Assembly (NCBI GenBank): GCA_016212705.1
Contig: JACREU010000070.1
Span: 72,390-136,389 of the forward strand
Origin: Deltaproteobacteria bacterium
GTDB lineage: Bacteria; Desulfobacterota; GWC2-55-46
DNA length: 64,000 nt
Reading direction: 5' to 3'
Both the position numbers and the translations under genes were made by a program. This document shows, piece by piece, positions 49,627-60,401 of this stretch (positions are counted from its first letter, which is position 1; every line of letters begins with the position of its first letter). The notes under the pieces were generated by a model, which was not told the origin of the DNA, made no database searches, and was given only the letters and a program-made list of their open reading frames with translations.

Positions 49627-50235
49627 ATGAAGGTGAATGTAATATTCCACAGCGTCTACGGGCACGTCTGGAAGATGGCCGAGGCGATAGCGGCCGGCGC
49701 TAAGGAGGCCGGGGCGGATGTCTCGGTGCTCCAGGTAAAGGAGACGCTCACCGACGATATCATCGCCAGTATGAGGGCGACCGAGGCGAAGAAGGCCTTC
49801 GCCCACGTGCCTCAGGCGACGCTCGACGACCTGAGCGAGCCTGACGCCGTCATATTCGGCACGCCTACGCGCTTCGGGAATATGTCCGCGCAGATGAGGG
49901 CATTTCTGGATTCTACCGGCGGCCTCTGGATGAAGGGGGCGCTCATCGGCAAGGTCGGCTCCGTATTCGCTTCGACCGCTACCCAGCACGGCGGACAGGA
50001 GTCTACAATATTGAGCTTCCATACGACCCTTCTCCATCACGGCATGATTATAGTCGGCCTCCCGTACTCGGAGCAGAGGCAGATGACGATGAGTGAAATA
50101 AGCGGCGGAAGCCCATATGGGGCGACGACCATAGCCTCGCCAACGGGAGACAGGACGCCGTCGGAAAACGAGCTTGCCATGGCCCGCTTCCAGGGCAAAC
50201 ACGTCGCGGGTATCGCCGGCAGGCTCTTCAGGTAG
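49627..50235 (+). CDS. wrbA: NAD(P)H:quinone oxidoreductase WrbA (flavodoxin-like)
   Basis: [29 protein letters not shown]...[10 protein letters not shown]. Confidence 0.85.
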   Translation: MKVNVIFHSVYGHVWKMAEAIAAGAKEAGADVSVLQVKETLTDDIIASMRATEAKKAFAHVPQATLDDLSEPDAVIFGTPTRFGNMSAQMRAFLDSTGGLWMKGALIGKVGSVFASTATQHGGQESTILSFHTTLLHHGMIIVGLPYSEQRQMTMSEISGGSPYGATTIASPTGDRTPSENELAMARFQGKHVAGIAGRLFR

Positions 50236-50264
50236 AGTTTTGCATACAATATGGTGCTTGACCC

Positions 50265-50292
50265 GGGCAGGGGACAACCCTGCCCTTTTTTT
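50265..50292 (+). terminator. rho-independent terminator after wrbA
   Basis: GGGCAGGG-GACAA-CCCTGCCC followed by TTTTTTT. Confidence 0.7.
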
Positions 50293-50475
50293 ATGCGCAT
50301 TCCGGCAGGACGGCGCGAAAGGCGAGACGGGCCGCATGGCGCGCCATGAATGTTTGAATGGATAAATAGATAATAAAAACAATTGATTTGCCGGGCCATT
50401 GACATCGTGGGAATGTAAGGCAATACTTAGGCAAGAGATAAAGACCTCTATTCATACAACCCCTAAGAGGAGCGG

Positions 50476-51138
50476 ATGATGAGGCTTGTAAATTCTTCCG
50501 AGCAGATTGTCTTCATAGAGGCTGGAAAGGTGAGGCTCGAAGGCTCGCTCGTAGTGCCGGAAGGCGCGGTAGGCGTGGTGCTTTTCGCGCACGGAAGCGG
50601 GTCTTCACGCCACAGCCCCAGGAACAACTTCGTGGCGCAGGTCTTAAGGAAGTCGGGGATGGGCACGCTCCTCATGGACCTCCTTACGAGGGAAGAGGAC
50701 ATGGACTATGACGCGAGGTTTGATATAGAACTCCTCTCCGGCAGGCTGGAAACTGCTACCCACTGGCTTAAAGACGAGATGCCTGGTACAAGTATCGGGT
50801 AATTCGGGGCCTCGACCGGCGCGGCGGCGGCGCTTAAGGCCGCGGTCAGCATGGGGGAGGCCATAGGCGCCGTCGTCTCGCGCGGCGGGAGGCCAGACCT
50901 CGCCCTTGACTCCCTGCCCAAGGTCAAGGCGCCTACGCTCCTTATCGTCGGCGGCAGGGACGATGTTGTAATTGATCTTAACAGGAAGGCTTACGCGCGG
51001 CTCAAGTGCGACAAGGAGCTTGTCATAGTGCCTGGGGCGACCCATCTCTTCGAGGAGCCAGGGGCGCTTGAGGAGGTAGCGAGGCTCGCGGCCTTCTGGT
51101 TCAAGGAGAGGCTGAAGCCGGCGGAGGCTCGGATATAG
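50476..51138 (+). pseudogene. alpha/beta hydrolase (dienelactone hydrolase-like) interrupted by an in-frame TAA
   Basis: The 50476-50802 and 50851-51138 ORFs are in the same frame. TAA at 50800-50802 lies 2 residues before the nucleophile elbow FGASTG (GxSxG). Either a nonsense mutation or a sequencing error. Confidence 0.6.
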
Positions 51139-51192
51139 TCTTGAAAATATTAGCTGAGATTAAGACCTGTTGCGTCCTGCCGGGCTTTTCTC

Positions 51193-51390
51193 GGCATGGG
51201 GATTCTCGCTACGGCCTCCCCCTCCCCCGCTCGGCGCGGGGCCAATTTCAAATCGGGTCACTTAAGTCTACCTGAAGCACAGTTGTCCGATACGGATTTG
51301 CCAGTCCGGCGAGGACCGCTCGCCTCTTAGGGCGCTGTCGCGCCTTTTTACTCCCCCTGCTCGCTCACCCCATGCCCTGGTTATTTTAAA
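51193..51390. repeat. structured intergenic repeat, copy 2 (GGCATGGGG / CCCCATGCC termini, ~60-nt insertion relative to copy 1, ends in T/A-run)
   Basis: See copy 1. Lies between convergent ends of the hydrolase pseudogene and msrP. Confidence 0.5.
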
Positions 51391-51519
51391 AACAAAAACG
51401 AATAGACGCATCTTTAACTCCTCCCCTTTTTACAAGGGGAGGCGGGGTGGGGTCGTATTTATAGATTTGTCGATAAAAAAGATGGGATTGCTTCGCTTCG
51501 CTCGCAATGACAGCACTGT

Positions 51520-52503
51520 TTACCTCTTCCCGTACATCCTTGCCACGAACTCCCCGTAGCCGTTGTACTTTATCGTAGGCACGCGCTCGTCCGTATCTAT
51601 TATCCGCTCCGTCGCCTGCGACCAGCGCGGGTGCGGGACCTCGGGGTTGACGTTCGCGGTGAAATCGTACTCATCCGGCGCGAGCGTGTTCCAGAAGGTC
51701 TTGGGCTCCTCTTCCACGAAGTCTATCTTTACAATCGACTTTATGTTCTTGAAGCCGTACTTCCACGGGACGATGAGCCTTATGGGCGCGCCGTGCTGTT
51801 TCGGGAGCTCGTGGCCGTATATGCCGGTCGCGATGAACGTCAGCTCATTCATAGCCTCCTCCATAGTAAGCCCCTCTTCATAGGGCCAGGGGAGCCAGAA
51901 CCGGAGCTTTTGGCTGAGGGCCCAGCTCCTGTTGTGGAAGGTCCTCATCCTTATGTATTTCGCCGACGACATCGGCGAGACCTTTTTTATGAGAGCGCTT
52001 AAGGGAAACCCGGTCCACGGGACGGTCATGGCCCACGCCTCCACGCACCTGAACCTGTACAGGCGTTCTTCAAGCGGCAGTTCCCTTACGAGTTCGTCTA
52101 TGTCATAGACGCGGGGCTTGTGCACGAGCCCGCCTACTTCCACCTGCCAGGGGCGCGTCTCCATCGCATCCACATCCTTCCAGACGCTCTTAAACGACGA
52201 GAACTCGTAAAAGTTATTGTATTTGGCCGCCGCGAGCTCGTCGGTTATCTTCCGGTCGACCGCGTATTTTGCGTTCCTCTGCGCGGGGTAGAGGTGTGAG
52301 GTCAAAGTCCTGGGTATCTTTATGATCCCTTCCTCTCCCTTTTTCCCGAAGAGGTCGAATATGGACGCGTTGTTCAGAAAAAGCCCGGCGTTCACCCCAA
52401 CTACCCCCATCATCTTTACGAAGTCGCGCCTCTTGAGGTATATATCCTCGGGTGTCGCCTCGCTTTCGGGCCTCTCCCACTGTTTTTTACGTTTAATGAG
52501 CAT
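51520..52503 (-). CDS. msrP: protein-methionine-sulfoxide reductase catalytic subunit MsrP (YedY; molybdopterin oxidoreductase)
   Basis: Tat signal RRDFVKMMGVVGV. Sulfite-oxidase-like Moco domain (YRFRCVEAWAMTVPWTGFPL). True ATG at 52503 (MLIKRKKQW); the extended ORF to 52908 is rejected. Confidence 0.8.
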   Translation of the reverse strand: MLIKRKKQWERPESEATPEDIYLKRRDFVKMMGVVGVNAGLFLNNASIFDLFGKKGEEGIIKIPRTLTSHLYPAQRNAKYAVDRKITDELAAAKYNNFYEFSSFKSVWKDVDAMETRPWQVEVGGLVHKPRVYDIDELVRELPLEERLYRFRCVEAWAMTVPWTGFPLSALIKKVSPMSSAKYIRMRTFHNRSWALSQKLRFWLPWPYEEGLTMEEAMNELTFIATGIYGHELPKQHGAPIRLIVPWKYGFKNIKSIVKIDFVEEEPKTFWNTLAPDEYDFTANVNPEVPHPRWSQATERIIDTDERVPTIKYNGYGEFVARMYGKR

Positions 52504-52588
52504 GTATTGAGTATATCCTAAAACCAGCCCTTGACAATGGGGCCGGTTTTTGAAAACCTGATAGTATAAAGACTTTAAGGGAGATCGA

Positions 52589-54235
52589 ATGATAAAGACG
52601 GCGGCCGACCTTTTTGTAGAGTGCCTGGAGAGGGAAGGGGTAAGGTATATTTTCGGCATCCCGGGAGAAGAGTCGCTCGTGCTCCTTGAATCCATCAGGA
52701 AGTCTTCCATAAAGTTCATTGTGACGAGGCACGAGCAGGCCGCGGCGTTCATGGCCGCGACATGCGGACGCTTGACAGGCAGGGCCGGGGTTGTGCTCTC
52801 GACCCTGGGGCCGGGCGCAACGAACCTTGTAACGGGTGTGGCCTTTGCGCAATTGGGAGGGATGCCGCTTGTCGTCATCACCGGGCAGAAACCCGTAAGA
52901 CGCTCCAAACAGGGGCTCTTTCAGATTATCAACGTCCTTGAGATGATGTCGCCCATAACAAAGGCGACAAGGCAGATTACCTCGGGCGACCTTGTCCCTT
53001 CGCTCGTCAGGGAGGCGTTCAGGAGGGCGGAGGAGGAGAGGCCCGGAGCAGTGCACCTCGAGTTCCCCGAGGACATCGCTTCCGAGCACGCGATAGCGGG
53101 CCCGATAGACTCTGCGAAACTGCGGAGACCCGGCCCTGACGCCAAGGCGATAGAGACGGCGGTCGACATGATAGAGGCCTCAAGCCACCCGCTCCTACTC
53201 ATCGCCGCGGCGGCGAACAGGAAGAGGGTCTCGGTCGAGCTCGAGGAGCTCATACGGAAGACCGGCATCCCGTTCTTCACGACACAGATGGGCAAGGGTG
53301 TGGTCGACGAGAGGAGCGTGCTGTCGCTCGGCACCGCGGCGTTATCGGAAAAGGACTTCCTTCACAGGGCCATAGAGCGCTCTGACCTCATAATCGCCGT
53401 CGGGCACGACGTAACGGAAAAACCGCCCGCCATCATGGGCTATGACAGCCGCAAGGTCATTCATATAAACTTCTATTCAGCCCCGGTCGACGACGTTTAT
53501 TATCCCACGCACGAGGTCCTGGGGGACATCGCCCAGAGCATCCGGGCCATAACGGCGCTCGTAAGGCCGCAGTCGCATTGGGACTTCGGGTTTTTCATGA
53601 AGGTCATCGCGTCGCGGAAGGCCCATGTGCTGGAAAAGTCCGGCGACGACGGCTTCCCCGTAAAGCCGCAGAGGCTCGTCTCCGAGTTAAGAAGGCACAT
53701 CCCGGCAGACGGCATACTCGCGCTCGATAATGGCATGTACAAGATATGGATAGCGAGAAACTACCCCGCATACGCGAGGAACACGGTCCTCCTTGACAAC
53801 GCGCTCGCCTCGATGGGCGCCGGGCTTTCAGCGGCGATTGCGGCAAAGATCATAAACCCTGAGAGGAAGGTCGTGTGTGTCGCGGGCGACGGCGGCTTCA
53901 TGATGAACTCGCAGGAGATAGAGACCGCGATAAGGCTCTCACTCGACCTCGTCGTCGTCATAGTAAACGACGGGGGCTACGGCATGATAAAATGGAAACA
54001 GGACTCGATGAGGCTACCGGCCTTCGGGCTTGATTTTTCCAACCCGGATTTTATCAAATACGCCGAGAGCTACGGGGCAAAGGGGGCGAGGGTGAATAGC
54101 GCCGGGGAACTCGGGCGAGAGCTCTCGGACGCCATTAATTCGAGCGGCGTGACCATCATAGATTGCCCGATAGATTATTCGGAGAACGTAAGGGTCCTTA
54201 CAGACGAACTGACCATTAAGACATCACTGCTGTAA
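52589..54235 (+). CDS. thiamine-pyrophosphate enzyme, acetolactate synthase large-subunit-like
   Basis: TPP_N (YIFGIPGEESL), central domain, and TPP_C with GDGGFMMNSQEIETA...VIVNDGGYGMI. Confidence 0.75.
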   Translation: MIKTAADLFVECLEREGVRYIFGIPGEESLVLLESIRKSSIKFIVTRHEQAAAFMAATCGRLTGRAGVVLSTLGPGATNLVTGVAFAQLGGMPLVVITGQKPVRRSKQGLFQIINVLEMMSPITKATRQITSGDLVPSLVREAFRRAEEERPGAVHLEFPEDIASEHAIAGPIDSAKLRRPGPDAKAIETAVDMIEASSHPLLLIAAAANRKRVSVELEELIRKTGIPFFTTQMGKGVVDERSVLSLGTAALSEKDFLHRAIERSDLIIAVGHDVTEKPPAIMGYDSRKVIHINFYSAPVDDVYYPTHEVLGDIAQSIRAITALVRPQSHWDFGFFMKVIASRKAHVLEKSGDDGFPVKPQRLVSELRRHIPADGILALDNGMYKIWIARNYPAYARNTVLLDNALASMGAGLSAAIAAKIINPERKVVCVAGDGGFMMNSQEIETAIRLSLDLVVVIVNDGGYGMIKWKQDSMRLPAFGLDFSNPDFIKYAESYGAKGARVNSAGELGRELSDAINSSGVTIIDCPIDYSENVRVLTDELTIKTSLL

Positions 54236-54330
54236 TTATTACAGACAAAAATTTGCCAGGCGGGGTTGGCGTTAAGGCGGGTTAAGGCTGTAAACCTGAA
54301 CCCGCAAAAAGTCCCGTCCGTCTGGACCTG

Positions 54331-56256
54331 CTAAAGGCTCTTTTTGAAGAAGCAGACCGAGAGCGGCGGCAGAGTGAGGCGCAAGGAATACGGCCTCTTG
54401 TGCGACGCTCTGTGGTCCGCATGGACGCCGCCGAGGTTGCCTTTGCCTCCGCCGCCGTATTCTACCGCGTCGCTGTTCAAGAGCTCCTTCCAGTAGCCGT
54501 CGACAGGCACGCCTACGCGGTAATCGGTCCTGAAAACGGGCGTGAGATTGCAGATGACAAGTATGATGTCATTGGCGTCGCGCCCCTTTCTTATGAAGCT
54601 TATGACGCTGTCTTCCCAGTCGTGGAAGTCTATCCACTCGAACCCCGCGTTCTCGAAGTCAGCCTGGTGGAGCGCGGTCTCTGTCCTGTATACCCTGTTA
54701 AGGTCCTTTACCCACGTCTGCATGCCGCTGTGTCTCGGGTACTGGAGGACGTGCCACTCGAGGCTCTCGTCGTGCGCCCATTCTTTCACCTGCCCCCATT
54801 CGCAACCCATGAAGAGGAGCTTTTTGCCGGGGTGGCCGTACATGTACCCGTAGAGGAGCCTTAGATTAGCGAACCTCTGCCACTCGTCCCCCGACATCTT
54901 GCCGAGGAGCGAACCCTTTCCATGTACGACCTCGTCGTGGGAGAGCGGCAACAGGAAGTTCTCGGTAAAGGCGTACCAGATGCTGAAGGTGAGCTGGTTG
55001 TGGTAATACTTCCTGTGTATGGGGTCTTTGGAGAAGTACTTGAGCGTGTCGTGCATCCAGCCCATGTTCCACTTCATGGAAAAACCGAGGCCCCCGAGGT
55101 GCGTCGGTTTCGAGACCATCGGCCAGGCCGTCGACTCCTCGGCGAACATCTGTATGTCCGGGTACTCCTGGTAGAGCGCCTCGTTCATCCTCTTGAGGAA
55201 GCTTATGGCGTCGATATTCTCCCTTCCGCCGTACTCGTTGGGTATCCACTCGCCCTCTTTCCTCGAATAGTCGAGATACAACATCGAGGCGACGGCGTCG
55301 ACCCTGAGGCCGTCTATATGGTACTTGTCCAGCCAGAGCATCGCCGAGCTTATGAGAAAAGACCTCACTTCGTTCCTGCCGTAGTTGAATATGTTGCTCC
55401 CCCAGTCGGGATGGAAGCCCTTTTTCGGGTCAGAGTGCTCGAAGAGGTGCGTGCCGTCGAAGTAGGCGAGCCCGTATTCGTCTGACGGGAAGTGCGAAGG
55501 CACCCAGTCGAGGATGACCCCTATGCCGTTCTGATGGAGGTGGTCTACGAGGTACATGAAGTCCTGCGGGGTGCCGTACCTGGATGTCGGCGCGAAGTAG
55601 CCGAGCGTCTGGTACCCCCAGGAACCGTAGAACGGGTGCTCCATTATGGGCAGGAGCTCTACATGGGTAAAGCCCATCTCCTTGACGTAATCGGAGAGCT
55701 GGTGGGCGAGCTCCCGGTAATCGAGGTGCCGGTTGTTCTCCTCGGGGACGCGCCTCCAGGAGCCGAGATGCACCTCATAAATGGATATCGGCCCATTGAG
55801 GGAATTCCGGTGGAGGCGGCCCTCCATCCAATCGAGGTCGTTCCACTTATAATTTAAGTCCCAGACCATTGAGGCGGTCCTGGGCGGGACCTCCCAGCGG
55901 AGAGCGAAGGGGTCGCCCTTCTGGGCGCTGTAGCCGTGGTACCTCGATTTGATGTGGTACTTGTAGAGCGTGCCCGCGCCGAGCCCGGGCATGAACCCCT
56001 CCCATATCCCGGACCAGTCGTCCCGCACAGAGAGCTTGTGCGTCTCGGTCTTCCAGGAATTGAACTCGCCGATGACCGAGACCTCCTCGGCGTTCGGGGC
56101 CCATACGGCGAAGTGCACGCCCTTTACTCCGTTGACCTCGGTTAAGTGCGAACCCAGCTTGTTGTAGAGCTTGAAGTGGTTGCCTTCCTTGAAGAAGTAG
56201 ACATCGTGGTCGGTGATATGGCTCGCGCCGTGGATTATCGCGTCCTGAGTCTGCAT
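54331..56256 (-). CDS. glgB: 1,4-alpha-glucan branching enzyme (GH13)
   Basis: CBM48 N-terminus. GH13 catalytic regions ([32 protein letters not shown]). ATG at 56256 with AGGAGC RBS. Confidence 0.9.
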   Translation of the reverse strand: MQTQDAIIHGASHITDHDVYFFKEGNHFKLYNKLGSHLTEVNGVKGVHFAVWAPNAEEVSVIGEFNSWKTETHKLSVRDDWSGIWEGFMPGLGAGTLYKYHIKSRYHGYSAQKGDPFALRWEVPPRTASMVWDLNYKWNDLDWMEGRLHRNSLNGPISIYEVHLGSWRRVPEENNRHLDYRELAHQLSDYVKEMGFTHVELLPIMEHPFYGSWGYQTLGYFAPTSRYGTPQDFMYLVDHLHQNGIGVILDWVPSHFPSDEYGLAYFDGTHLFEHSDPKKGFHPDWGSNIFNYGRNEVRSFLISSAMLWLDKYHIDGLRVDAVASMLYLDYSRKEGEWIPNEYGGRENIDAISFLKRMNEALYQEYPDIQMFAEESTAWPMVSKPTHLGGLGFSMKWNMGWMHDTLKYFSKDPIHRKYYHNQLTFSIWYAFTENFLLPLSHDEVVHGKGSLLGKMSGDEWQRFANLRLLYGYMYGHPGKKLLFMGCEWGQVKEWAHDESLEWHVLQYPRHSGMQTWVKDLNRVYRTETALHQADFENAGFEWIDFHDWEDSVISFIRKGRDANDIILVICNLTPVFRTDYRVGVPVDGYWKELLNSDAVEYGGGGKGNLGGVHADHRASHKRPYSLRLTLPPLSVCFFKKSL

Positions 56257-56404
56257 CGGTCCGCTCCTGTGGAAGTCGTTATGAAGCAATAAATATACCA
56301 TAAAAGTCCGATTTTGTAGCAGGTTTATAGCAACCGGACGATCGGCGGCGCAAGGGTTGGTTTGACAAAAACCTTTGTAAGGCGGGCGTCATGGGTTTTA
56401 ACAA

Positions 56405-57223
56405 TTGAATTCTAAGCGATATTCCATTATATTGTCTACAATCGAATGCTCAGGAAAAGGGGCCCTATTGGCTGAAAAAACCGAGAAAAAAGTAATACTC
56501 GTATCGAACGACGACGGCATCCGCTCCGAAGGGATATTGAAGCTCGCAAGCGCGCTCAAAAAGGCCGGGACCGTCTATATCGTCGCCCCGGACAGGGAGA
56601 GGAGCGCGGCGAGCCACTCGCTCACCCTCCACAGGCCGCTCAGGGTCGAGGAGGTGGGCAAAAGGATGTACGCCGTAGACGGCACGCCTACCGACTGCGT
56701 GACGCTCGCGGTGAACGGCATCCTTCCGGTCCGCCCCGACATAGTGGTCTCCGGCATAAATAAGGGCGGGAACCTCGGAGAGGACGTCTCGTACTCGGGT
56801 ACGGTATCAGCCGCCATGGAAGGCACGCTCCTCGGGATACCGTCGATTGCGTTCTCACTCGCCAAAAGGGAGGCGTTCGACTTCGGACCCGCCTCCGAGT
56901 TCGCGTTGAAGCTCGTCAGGTTCGTATTCAAGAAGGGGTTGCCGAAAGACACCCTCCTTAACGTCAACATCCCCCCGGTAAAGAGGATAAAGGGATACAG
57001 GATCACCAGACAGGGCAAACGCTTTTTCACCGACGTCGTAGTCGAGAAGGTCGACCCCAGGGGAAAGAAGTACTACTGGATAGGCGGGTCGATGGAGAGG
57101 TGGGTGGGCGGGGAGGACGCCGACTACTTTGCCATAAGCAAGGGGTACGTCTCCATCACGCCGATACACCTCGATATGACGAATATGAGCTCGATGCAGG
57201 AATTAAAAAAGTGGAAGATATAA
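56405..57223 (+). CDS. surE: 5'/3'-nucleotidase SurE
   Basis: ILVSNDDGIRSEGILKLASAL and a GxNxG region. True start is probably internal (TTG near 56468), giving about 250 aa. Confidence 0.85.
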   Translation: MNSKRYSIILSTIECSGKGALLAEKTEKKVILVSNDDGIRSEGILKLASALKKAGTVYIVAPDRERSAASHSLTLHRPLRVEEVGKRMYAVDGTPTDCVTLAVNGILPVRPDIVVSGINKGGNLGEDVSYSGTVSAAMEGTLLGIPSIAFSLAKREAFDFGPASEFALKLVRFVFKKGLPKDTLLNVNIPPVKRIKGYRITRQGKRFFTDVVVEKVDPRGKKYYWIGGSMERWVGGEDADYFAISKGYVSITPIHLDMTNMSSMQELKKWKI

Positions 57224-57294
57224 AAGAGCGCCAAACTAAAGCATACCTGCGTTGCTCCTCGGCTTCGTCGTTGCGGGGGAGGTGAACACCTGAC

Positions 57295-57963
57295 ATGACC
57301 ATCCGCGTAAAAAGGGACATATACGAAAGACAGCGTCAGCAGATGCTGGACAACCACCTCATCCCGAGGGGCATAAGCCAGTTGCAGGTCCTCCACGCCA
57401 TGCTTACGGTCCCACGCCACATCTTCGTCGAAGAGGCGCTCTATTCCCAGGCATACAACGATTGCCCGCTCCCAATAGGCGAGAAGCAGACCATATCACA
57501 GCCCTATACCGTCGCACTGATGACAGAGGCGTTGAAGCTCGACGGCACGGAAAGGGTCCTTGAGATAGGCACCGGCTCAGGCTATCAGACGGCGGTCCTC
57601 TCCATGCTCGCATACAAGGTCTATACGGTTGAAAGGCTTTCTACCATCGCCTCGCGCGCGTTAAAGATACTCGACGGCCTCTTGTGCTCGAACGTCATAG
57701 TAAGGGTCGCCGACGGCACTATTGGCTGGCCTGACGAGGCGCCGTTCGACGCCATAATAACGACCGCCGGCTCCCCGCAGGTCCCCTCCGCCTACGTCGA
57801 ACAGCTCAAACCAGGCGGCCGCCTCGTAATACCGGTCGGCCCTGAAGACTCCCAGGAACTGCTCCGCATCACCAAAAAGGCGGACGGCTCCACCACGACG
57901 GAGACGCTCGGGGGCTGCAGGTTCGTAAAACTCATCGGCAAACACGGCTGGTCCAAGAGTTGA
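57295..57963 (+). CDS. pcm: protein-L-isoaspartate O-methyltransferase
   Basis: [16 protein letters not shown] and the SAM motif [15 protein letters not shown]. Confidence 0.88.
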   Translation: MTIRVKRDIYERQRQQMLDNHLIPRGISQLQVLHAMLTVPRHIFVEEALYSQAYNDCPLPIGEKQTISQPYTVALMTEALKLDGTERVLEIGTGSGYQTAVLSMLAYKVYTVERLSTIASRALKILDGLLCSNVIVRVADGTIGWPDEAPFDAIITTAGSPQVPSAYVEQLKPGGRLVIPVGPEDSQELLRITKKADGSTTTETLGGCRFVKLIGKHGWSKS

Positions 57964-57991
57964 GCCTAAGGACATTGGGGAAACCATTTAC

Positions 57992-58726
57992 ATGAAGGTC
58001 CTCTCAAAATCTTCGACTCCCGGGCCCGTTCAGGTTGATATGGCTAAGGCGCTGAATATTCCCTCCTATTTCCTCCCGCTTCTAATCTCTTTGTTGTTCT
58101 TTCTTAGCGGTTGTTTCGCCGGAGGCGGCGTCTACCACACCATCCACAAGGGAGAAACGCTCTACAGGATATCCAAGACCTACAATGTCGATATCCAGGA
58201 CGTCGCCGAGCTCAATAACATCAAGGACCCAACTGAAATAAAGGCCGGCAAGAGGATATTCATACCCGGGGCAAGGAGGGTCAAAAAGGTCAAGCCGTAT
58301 GTACCGGGTAGCAACGAGAAGGAGACCGAACCGGAGGGAAAGATAGTCATTGAGAAAGACAGGTTCTCCTGGCCTGTCCACGGCGTAATCGAGTCCCCTT
58401 TCGGGCCGAGGAACGGCGGCCGTCACGACGGCATTGATATTACGGCCAGGGAGGGCACGCCGGTGAAGGCGGCCGAGAACGGAGAGGCGGTATATGTCAG
58501 TTCGAGTCTCCGCGGTTACGGCAATATCATAATACTGAAACACAAGGATGACTTTTATACAGTGTACGCGCACAACGATAAAAACCTTGTGAAAACAGGT
58601 GAATCAGTAAAAAAAGGCGAGGTAATCGCGAACGTCGGCTCCACCGGCAACGCCACCGGGAGCCACCTCCACTTCGAGGTCAGGCAGGGCAAGACCGTCA
58701 GGAACCCGCTTTTTTTCTTGCCATAG
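57992..58726 (+). CDS. nlpD: LysM + M23 peptidase lipoprotein (NlpD-like)
   Basis: Signal/lipobox LSGC. LysM (YHTIHKGETLYRISKTYNV). M23 motifs HDGIDI and GSTGNATGSHLHFEV. Confidence 0.8.
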   Translation: MKVLSKSSTPGPVQVDMAKALNIPSYFLPLLISLLFFLSGCFAGGGVYHTIHKGETLYRISKTYNVDIQDVAELNNIKDPTEIKAGKRIFIPGARRVKKVKPYVPGSNEKETEPEGKIVIEKDRFSWPVHGVIESPFGPRNGGRHDGIDITAREGTPVKAAENGEAVYVSSSLRGYGNIIILKHKDDFYTVYAHNDKNLVKTGESVKKGEVIANVGSTGNATGSHLHFEVRQGKTVRNPLFFLP

Positions 58727-58801
58727 CCCGTTTTTTATAGTAGAAACAGTATTATATGGAATAACCATCAAACCGCATCTCGGGTATGCTTCTCGTTCAA
58801 A

Positions 58802-59722
58802 ATGAGGCGCGATATGAGAAGAACGAATGCACGCACTGAAGGCACGTTCATCCCGAGGCCCAATGAGCAGAGGGAGCCCGTCCAGGGTCCGTCAACCGAT
58901 TCTTTAAACATCTTCTTCAGTTCAATAAAGAAGTACCCTCTGCTCACATCCAGGGAAGAAAAAGACCTCGCCAGGAAGATATCCAAGGGAGACCAGAAGG
59001 CCCGCCACCGGATGATAGAGTCGAACCTCAGGCTCGTCGTCAACATCGCAAAAAAATACATGAACAGGGGGTTCCCGCTCCAGGACTTGATAGAGGAGGG
59101 GAACATCGGGCTCATAAAGTCCGTCGAGAGGTTCAGGGCCGCCAAGGGGTGCAAGTTCTCGACATACGCCACTTATTGGATACGGCAGTCTATTGAGAGG
59201 GCGCTTGCGAATCAGTCGAACGTCGTCCGTCTCCCGATACACATTTCCGCCGACATAGCCAAGTTGAGCAGGGCGACCCACGAGCTCACGATGTCCCTTA
59301 ACAGAGAACCTGACGCGCGGGAGCTCGCCGAGAGGACGGGTTTTTCTGGCAGATACGTAAAAAAACTTGACATCGTCTCCAAAAAAAGTTATTCACTCGA
59401 GGCGTCCCTCCCGGACGGGAGCGACCAGACGTTGCTGGATAAGCTTGAGGACCTGTCTGCCACGCCACAGCTGGAGACGCTCGATATGGCGCGGAAGTCG
59501 CGTAAGGTAGAGGCCTGGCTCTCGCTCTTGAGCGACCCCGAGAGGCGGATAATAAGGCTCAGGTTCGGCCTCGACTTCGCCGGCCCCCAGACGCTTGAGG
59601 AGATAGGCAAGGCATTCGGTATTACAAGGGAGCGGGTGAGGCAGATAGAGGTAAAGGCGCTTACGAAACTCAAGAAGATTATCGTCGAGAGGCACCATAT
59701 AGCGACGCTCGACGCGGTCTAA
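58802..59722 (+). CDS. rpoS: sigma-70 family sigma factor, RpoS-like by synteny
   Basis: Regions 1.2-2 ([26 protein letters not shown]), region 3, and region 4 ([19 protein letters not shown]). Sits in the surE-pcm-nlpD-rpoS order seen in E. coli. Confidence 0.7.
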   Translation: MRRDMRRTNARTEGTFIPRPNEQREPVQGPSTDSLNIFFSSIKKYPLLTSREEKDLARKISKGDQKARHRMIESNLRLVVNIAKKYMNRGFPLQDLIEEGNIGLIKSVERFRAAKGCKFSTYATYWIRQSIERALANQSNVVRLPIHISADIAKLSRATHELTMSLNREPDARELAERTGFSGRYVKKLDIVSKKSYSLEASLPDGSDQTLLDKLEDLSATPQLETLDMARKSRKVEAWLSLLSDPERRIIRLRFGLDFAGPQTLEEIGKAFGITRERVRQIEVKALTKLKKIIVERHHIATLDAV

Positions 59723-59754
59723 TAATACATACTAAAGGCAACAGGGAGAAGGAA

Positions 59755-60273
59755 ATGGTCGAGGACCTCAAAAAATCCATACGCGACGTCCCTGATTTTC
59801 CGAAAAAAGGGATACTCTTCAAGGACATAACAACGCTTTGCAAGGAACCCGCGCTGTTCCAGCGCATGGTCGACCTCCTCGGCCACCGCTACGTCGGCAA
59901 AAGGGTTGACCTCGTCGTGGGCATAGAGGCGAGGGGGTTTATTATCGGCGCGGCGCTCGCCTACAAGCTCGGGGCCGGTATAGTGCTCGTTAGAAAGCCC
60001 GGGAAGCTCCCGCACAAGACCCACAAGGCGAGCTACACGCTCGAGTACGGCAAGGATTCCCTTGAGATACACCAGGACGCGATAGAGAAGGGGCAGAACG
60101 TCGTCATAGCCGACGACCTCCTTGCGACCGGCGGCACCGCTGGCGCGGTAACCAGCCTCGTTAATGATATGGGCGGCAACATAGTCGAGTGCGCCTTCAT
60201 CGTCGAGCTTGAGGAGTTGAACGGCAGGGAGAAGTTGAGCCCGCACCCGGTATTTTCGCTGATAAAGTATTAG
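59755..60273 (+). CDS. apt: adenine phosphoribosyltransferase
   Basis: [15 protein letters not shown] and the PRPP-binding motif [15 protein letters not shown]. Confidence 0.9.
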   Translation: MVEDLKKSIRDVPDFPKKGILFKDITTLCKEPALFQRMVDLLGHRYVGKRVDLVVGIEARGFIIGAALAYKLGAGIVLVRKPGKLPHKTHKASYTLEYGKDSLEIHQDAIEKGQNVVIADDLLATGGTAGAVTSLVNDMGGNIVECAFIVELEELNGREKLSPHPVFSLIKY

Positions 60274-60401
60274 GCGGCGGAGGCTTAAAGGCCGGATGGG
60301 GTTCATCTCGGTCGCTTCGCTCTCTCGGAATGACGGCGGAATTTAATTTTTCAGAGTTTCCTTGGTAGTTCCTCATTGGCAAGGCACAAGGCGTCGGCCG
60401 T

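Noticed and set aside
50340-50475. Possible sigma-70 promoter TTGACA...TACTTA upstream of the hydrolase pseudogene
   Set aside because: The -10 hexamer is weak and spacing ambiguous (17-19 nt). Not confident enough to call.
52504-52908. 135-aa N-terminal extension of the msrP ORF
   Set aside because: No similarity; real Tat-signal start at MLIKRKKQW (52503) and the extension would overlap the divergent promoter.
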